Origin: Chrysomallon squamiferum
Taxonomy: Eukaryota; Animalia; Mollusca
Length of the DNA: 64,000 nucleotides
Direction: 5' to 3'
Assembly: GCA_012295275.1 (NCBI GenBank)
Contig: CM022673.1
Location: 29,450,001 to 29,514,000, forward strand
The translations under genes and the position numbers were made by a program. Shown one piece after another: positions 55,996 through 64,000 of the stretch. The first letter of the stretch is position 1; each line of letters opens with the position of its first letter. The notes under the pieces were generated by a model, which was not told the origin of the DNA, searched no databases, and worked only from the letters and a program-made list of their open reading frames with translations.

Positions 55996-58900
55996 ATATA
56001 AATGGAGCCATAAACAGATAAAGTCAAAAATATTTTGAGTTTGTCACTAAATAAATCATTTTCTTCTTATGAAGTACAACCTATTGCTCAAATCTATCAT
56101 TCCCATATTTTTTCCCCAGATATATCATTCCCCACTTTCAATCCCCATATTTATTATTCCTCAGAATATTCCTACTTGATTATTCACAGACATGACAGCA
56201 CATACCATCTTCTTTTATACATAAGTCTCCAACAACTGCATTGAGAAGAATTCATCTTGTGATTCTCTTTGTTTCCGAGTTCCACCCCATTCCCATCCTC
56301 ATTGCCTGTGCCAGCACTTACTGAACATAATACTAAGAAACAAGACTGACTGGAGTCTGGTAACACTGTACTGTGGTGTAAATGAACCCAACAACAACAC
56401 CTGTACTTGTGTGGCGAGCTGCACATAATACCAAGTGTAACTGTTACTGACAGTTCTGTCACAAGTGGTTATCACCTAACACAGTGCAAATAACACTTTA
56501 TTAATGTGATTCACTGTGCTGCCAGCAACACCATCTTCCTTCTTTCAGATTCCACCACAGGACAAAACAGTTGATACAACATACAAACTAGTTGTTTTTG
56601 TCTTGCATCACAATGGTGCAATATTTGATGATTTTGTTGTTGTTTTTCTGGGGGGGTTTTGTTGTTTTTGTTTTTGTTTTTGGGGAGTTGTTGTTGTTGT
56701 TGTTCTTATGATTATTGATATTGTTGTTGTTGTTTTTTATTATTGTCGTTGTTGTTTTATTGTTGCTGCCGCTGTTGTTACAATTATTATTGTTATTATT
56801 GTGTTTCACTTCTTTGTTGTTTTTCTTTTAGCATTCATCTAAAACATTCTCTGGATCTAATATTTTTTTAGAAAAGTTTATTAACATTTCTTTTCTTATT
56901 TCCTTTATTTTCTTTCTTTTTTCTCTCTTTTATTAATTTATTTTCTTTTAACTGGAGCATGCAATAAAATGAAGAAAACATAAATTTAACCATTTGTCTG
57001 AAAAAGTTTATTTTAATATATTGTTATTTTTTACTGGCTCTTGTAACAAAATAATGAAACCACATATTTTATCAAAAAAACACAAAAAAAAAAACAACCA
57101 CCTAATAAATAAAAAAACTCTACTGAACTCTCCCATCTACTACACTTTTATTACCTTCCTAATGCCTTTGGGAACCATATCAAGCACTTATTTACATGAT
57201 ATCATTTTTATGCAACAATTGTTCATTTCCATCATGGTGCTAGCTACAGTGATTAGATAAATTAAAAAAAAAAAAAATTCTACTGAAATGGCAAAGCAAA
57301 GCAAAGCAAGACAGGTATCCATTACTGCCTCAGAAAATGTTAATATTGATACCGGCTCGATTTCATGTGTTGTAATGTCTTCTGTCAAGCTAGATCAATC
57401 ATGGGCCATTAAATCCTATTAAAAGTGCTGCATCTATGAGATTTTATGTTCCCTTCATAATTGCATGTCAGTTGTAAGTGATCCTGGTTCTCCGGAATGT
57501 TTAGTGATTTCAGTCTTCTTTTAGTGCACGAAGAATATATCTCTCTTTAATATTATTTTATTTCATTTTATTTTATTTTTTATTGTTGTTGGTGCTGTTT
57601 TATTTATTTTTGTAATTCTAGCTGTTGTTACAATTATGATTAGTGGTAGTTTTAGTAGTAATAGTAGAAGTACAAATATTATTGTTGTTATTATTATTGT
57701 TATTATAGTCATTATTGTCAATATCATCATAAACTATCTAAATTATTATTGTTATTATTTCTTCATTGTTTTTTATTATTATTATTATTGTTGTTGTTAT
57801 TGTTGTTGTTTTTAGTGTTATTAATAATTATAATATTATTAATAAAAACTTTATCACTATTTTCATCATATTTTAAAATAATATACCAATAAAAATTCAT
57901 TTTATCAACACCATATTAAATTATTTGAGATCTCTTTTCTACAAATAAATTAATAAATGAGAAAAAAATAGAAAATAAGAAAAGAAATATTAATTAACTT
58001 TTTATAAAATATTTTAGGATCCAGATATTGTTTTAGATGAATGGTAAAACAAACAACAAAGAAAAACTCACAAATTTATTATTGTTATTATTCTTGTGAT
58101 GTGGATAATTTATTGAGTTAACTTTATAATAATTCTTAGCAGATAGTTCATTTAATGAGATGAGTAAGTAAGCTCATATATTCTTTCTTAGAAACCACCT
58201 CCCTTCTGTCTAAGCAGCAATCTGGTACTAACTTAGAAACATCCACTGACAAATCAAACACATTTAACACTAATGTAAAGATGTAACTTCTCACAACGGA
58301 ATATTATTTTCTTTATTACATACTCCACTAAACCCAGCACCTGGGTGTAATCACCTAATGAGCACAAAGACTTGCCCATTCTCATTACATTTCTGCCCAG
58401 CCAACCTTTCACATGATAAAATTTTACAGTGTGTTTCCAATAAGTTTTGAAAAAATGCCTTATTAACCCCTCTTCTTTTCTTAATTTTTAACCCCTCTGG
58501 GTTTAGGATCTGCCTTGTCACTTGGGGGTCACATGTGTATAGCAATAATAGTGTTAGGAGCAATTTTCTCTACTCTTTGGTTAATAATAAAATGCATTAT
58601 GATAACATTACTCAGACACACACACACATTAAATAATATTATTCTATGTATATCTGAGTGTGTATGGATAATATGCAGATATTATGCACATACACATATA
58701 CACATATTAAAGAGTATTATTCTGTTTTCTGTATATCAGAATGCGTATGGATATTATGCAGATATAATTTTATACTTACTCACATGTTACTTTTGGTTTT
58801 GCTGAAATGCTTTATGGTAATAAAATTATAAGAAAAAATAATAAATTTACATTTTATAAACATTAAATAGTGTTAACCTGGGGGGGGGTTCTGTTTTGTG

Positions 58901-60062
58901 AGTATATCTGAGTATGTATGATGGATATTATCCTAAATAATTGTAGACATAATTTAAAGAAGCATCTGAAAGAGAAAAAATAAGTTGTTAGTATTTTATA
59001 TCCAGTGCATTGATTGTATCATGTAAATTAAATTATTTCAATGTAGTTTGGGTGTGAAAAAATGTAATTTTGATCGGAGGAGTGTTCAAGAAGTCAGGGA
59101 AGAATTTTTTTTAAAATGTCTACCCAAAATAAAGTTATGCTTTTTCCAGAAACTTATATGGCACTCAAATTATGCTTTTTACCAAAACCATATATTTAAA
59201 ACAAACTTTTTCCAGAGACTTGTATTTTAAACAGACTTTTTTTTCCAAAGAAATTTCTACCCATAATATGTTCTTTCCAGAAACTTCTTCTCAGATTATG
59301 CCCTGCTGGAGATTTTCGCACATGTTTCAGTGAAGAATCTTGTAAAGTTTGTTAAAATGTCTCCTAATTTGGCACAATTGCTGAAGCATCTCCTGTGATT
59401 ATAAGGGTAATTGACATAAGCAGTCACTAATTGACAGCGTTTTTTCTTTGATATTTCCTCCTGTTCTCATTCATCATGTTACTTATCTCGCCCACTGCCA
59501 CGCTTTTGACAGGTCAGTGAACCGTGAAATATTTCTTTGATCGCCTTCATAATTTTCCGTTTCTTGCACCCAGCCTGGCGTGTTACTAATGCCCACAGTT
59601 ATTAATAATTTTGTATCCCAGTTTATGGCTGCCAGTAGTGTCATGTGGATGGTTTATGGTTAGTTGGAGTGTATTTTTCAGCTTCATTTGACACAAATTC
59701 CAACATGTTATGAGGCCTGAAGAATCTAGCATGTTTTACATTAATTAGACATTGTGGGGATGTGAACAAACAGGTTTTATTTCAGTGGAACATAATGATC
59801 TTTTGAACTTACATTTACACAAATTGCTGTTTTTATCTCTTCTGTCTGCTGGGTATTGTTGTTTCCGTTTTGTCGTTTTATTAGTTTGTTATTATTTGTC
59901 TGTCAAGTCACACTAAGCTTTTAATTCGTTCTCACATTTTCATTGTATCATTCAATTACTCTTTCTCCCTTCTTTTTTACTTTCTTTTTTAACTAAATCA
60001 TTCTGACATTCTTTTTCTTTTCTAGTTCTCTCAATGTCTTTCATATTCTTTCATTATATATG

Positions 60063-60165
<103 letters not shown>

Positions 60166-61249
60166 GCATCCTAGTTTCAACCCAATCCATTCTTCTATCC
60201 ACAAATCTAGACAGATTCAAATTCCACAACTTGAAGTTTTTAAATAAATATAGGAATGAAATGAAAGAAAAATAATCTTATAGTAATTTCCATATAACTG
60301 TTATTGACATCTACTGAAAACTAAACAGGTTTACATTTTCCTGTATCATGCTGTGAAGACATTTTGAAAGTTTTGAATTGTGCTTTAGTTAATTGAAACC
60401 ATTGCTCCAGCTGGTGATTATCGGCATATTAAATCAAAAATTATCTTGTGGTGTGTTGTTCTGGCTAAAATTTTTGTTTTACTGCAGTTCTCTAAGTGTT
60501 CCTAACCTACTTACTGACTAATTACTTCTCCTGAACCTCTAGCCACATTTCTCTTCAGCATTCCAAGATAAATAATTTAAAGTAGATGTATGTTTTTGTT
60601 AGGCAGGATTTGACAACTGCAGATTATTAAAAACCCATTTGTCATAACTCTTCATTCTGTGAAGGGAAGAAAATACAGATGTAGAAGTATGATGGCTGAA
60701 CATGCTTTACTTTGATGCTGCTATCAACTTTGATGTTTCTTACCAAAGGTTTCTTCAGGTTTTTTATTGTTATTTGGACACAGTAATGGGTTAAAAAAAA
60801 ATTGCAACAATTAAAAAAAAAAATGTCAATTTGAATAGGAATATTTTTTTTCAGAGAACAGAATTTATATAAAACAATTTTTTAAATGTTTAACATTTTT
60901 TTTTTATAAATAATATTTTTATTTTGTTTGTCACACAAATTTCAACTAATATTAACCACTTGAGACTGAAACCTGTTGTTTGTTATGATAAACAAGTTTA
61001 ACGTAATTGGACAAAATCCCAGGAGAGAAATTCAGCAGTTAAATTATTGATGTTAGACTGAGAGCTGTGTGATATGCAAATATTAATAACAGTATTCAAC
61101 AGCTGAGCAGCAATTTCTGATGACATCAAACTCTTAACCTGCCTGCCTCAAACACCTTCCATCTACATAATGTAGTTTGGGACATGCCACAGCACATTAG
61201 TTAAAGACTCTGAATTTAATAGTAACTCACATCTGTTTAATTCAGACTG

Positions 61250-61505
61250 GAGGTTCTATGGTTAAAGAACTCAGAGAGAAGAGTCAGAGGCTGCAGGATC
61301 TATCCCAGGCAGAGGCATTTCTGTATATTATTTTCTATTCAAACTAGTTCTCTGTGACAGGTTTCTGAAAAGGTTGTGGAATATCATTGATACTCCATAT
61401 AGAAGATGACTTGCTGCTAGCTGATGCTAAGAAACCTCTAGAGTGAAGGGTTTTCTAACTAATACTGTAATTACATAAAAATCAATGAATGACAGCATAA
61501 TAAAT
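61250..61505 (+). mobile_element. Near full-length decayed SINE with a tRNA-like head
   Basis: A-box-like ggttctatggttaaag, B-box-like ggatctatccc, then core ttattttctattcaaactag...aaaggttgtggaat...atatagaagatgacttgctgcta...gggttttct. Confidence 0.5.
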
Positions 61506-62150
61506 CTTTCTTTTGATATATTTTAGATACCATATAGATGTTTAAACACACAAAATATATAGACATATGTACCTACATATATGTATGTATGTATGTATGT
61601 ATGTATTCATAGATATTATGTATTCATAGATATGTATATACATGTGTGTGTGTATATACATGTATAAATAGCTATATGGTATCTAATACATAAGATTTAT
61701 TATGTTGTCATTCATTGATTCAGTATGGGTTTTTTTGATATTATAATGAATCTTCCTCATATTTCCTTTTCTTCCTTTCTTTTTTCTTCTCTTGCTCTAC
61801 ACACGCACATACATGCACACACACACACACACACACACACTCTCCATCCATCTGTTCTTTCCTACAGTTCAGACCCTTTAACAAGACAGTAAAATGTGAA
61901 GGAGCACAGAAGACAAAATCTGAGTGTTGTGTTTCTCACAGAGATACAGTTAGATTGTTGTACACATAGATCTTATTCCAGCAGATGGTTTTCTAACATT
62001 TACATCATTATTCTCTTCATTAAACCCAGGAATTTGGCTCAGATTGAGTTAGGTGTCAGTTCTACAAGTAAATCTCTGCTTCATGAACTGACTTTTTGTA
62101 CTCATTTTATAAGAAGGTTTTAAATAATCATTGTTATCTTACTATATTAG

Positions 62151-62277
<127 letters not shown>

Positions 62278-64000
62278 AAGAATACAAATGGAAAAATTTA
62301 AAATAAAAGACTCATTTCTTCTTCATTTGTATTTCATCTATCCTTTTTTTTCAAATCTTATCTTTTAACTTTATTTTTGACAAGTGAATGTGCTGATAAA
62401 TTAAGAATAACTAATATAATTTATTTAATATTTTTTTCTAACTTAAACACACTAAAATACTATTAATTCATACAATATCTTGCTGGCATTTAGATAATGA
62501 CAGTTATGGCAGTAAATAATTAATCATCATAGATAATAACATTTTCCATTGTTATTTCAATTAATCTTTGAACTTAGCGTTGAAAATTAGATTACATTAG
62601 GCACCTTTATTTCTTTTATGTATTTACCATTAGTTGGTAAGAAATTTTTCTAAATAGTTTAGTGGCTGAGATAACATATTTGCTCGCCAGTTCAAAAGAG
62701 CAATTTGTCCAAATTAATGGTATACTCAGAGAGTTTATATAGGAGTGATATTTTGCAAGTTTCCACCAGAGATCTGTCCAAACATGCCTATGATGGACAT
62801 GTACACAGAGTTATAAAACATCTTCAACTTTAACCACTATTAAAATTTATTCTTCATTGATTTTATTATTTATAAATAATTAAGAAAAGATATTAAAATA
62901 TTATGGAAGTTAAAATATGTTCTATGCCAACTCTGTACATTGTTTTTAATCTTAATATTTTATGTTTTTTGTTTATCTGAAATGCCAGAGGTGTCATCTC
63001 AGATAAATATGTTTATCAAAGTATCATGTTACTGTATTATTTGTTGTATTTAGTTACTTGCTATTTACTTAAAGTGTGAAGATCTAATTAACATTTTGTG
63101 ATTGCTTTTAACACCATACAAATCCAATTTTATCAAATTTATATAATGTTTTTGTAAACATGAATTATACCAAAGTACTGACAACATTTGCTGTTAAAAT
63201 GTGCATGTATAAATATGCATACATAAAGCTAGGCAAACATATACACACACATGCATACACATACACATACACAACACAACATAACACACAGAGAAATACA
63301 CACAAAATTCTAAAAGCCAGTCAATGCAATATGTATTTTAGAATGATCAGATGAATAGGTAACAACACATCAACAAATAAATAAAGTGAAATAAATTAAA
63401 CAGAAAGTAAAATAAAATAAAATAAAATAACATAAAATAAAATAAAATACATTAAGAATATTTAACAACTAGATGTTAAACACTGTTAAATATATAATCA
63501 AAAATGCACCAGTAAAAGTTTCTTTATATATATAACACTAAGACAAATATACGACAAACGTGAGTTAATTCTGTACATGGCCCATCCAGTATCAGCTGTC
63601 AGAACACTAATGGATTCTGCCTGCCTGGTTAGTTTGGTGTGCAGCACTGCATGTGTTCACAGAATTAGTTTTACATCCTTACTAATTTCACACCTTGTTG
63701 AATGCGGGAGTTAATTTGCATGGACACAGGCTGATATATTCCCCGTGGTGCATCTGTCAGCGTACGACCATGTTGAGAGTTGATCAGAGTGCAGGTTCCT
63801 GCCAGTCACACTGCTGTGACTGGTGTTGTCATTTGACACTCGTTAAAACCAAATTAAAATGTTCATTAAAACCATGTTAAAATGTATGTTAAAATCCAGT
63901 TAAAATCAAATTAAAATGTATTATAAATGAAAACAAAAAACATTTAACTGCTTATTTCAGTTTCTGATGATGAATTAGTGAAAATATATAATGAAATATA

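Overview
AT-rich, CpG-depleted animal genomic DNA with spliceosomal introns, dense microsatellites and many decayed local tandem duplications. There are no prokaryotic features, and nearly all entries in the ORF track are simple-repeat artefacts. Two divergently oriented genes can be supported. (1) A minus-strand gene with exons 12379-12334, 10845-10728, 6055-5960 and 3920-3733. These splice in phase into a signal peptide plus a complete 8-Cys WSC domain, and the gene probably continues off the left edge. (2) The first coding exon of a plus-strand polypeptide GalNAc-transferase (GALNT)-like type II membrane protein at 45114-45999. Its catalytic exons were not found and probably lie beyond 64000. 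The GALNT exon is split over three reading frames. Either two +1 homopolymer slips or a single 224-nt GT-AG intron that is itself an open frame (exitron/intronisation candidate) would repair it, and this is the most interesting signal in the window. Other elements: a TIR-bounded MITE-like element carrying two internal minisatellites, decayed copies of a SINE resembling the Nin/Deu-core family (recognised from memory, suggests a mollusc-like invertebrate), two CpG-rich promoter-like islands, and a 33/36-bp VNTR. I found no clear evidence of a novel multi-gene system.
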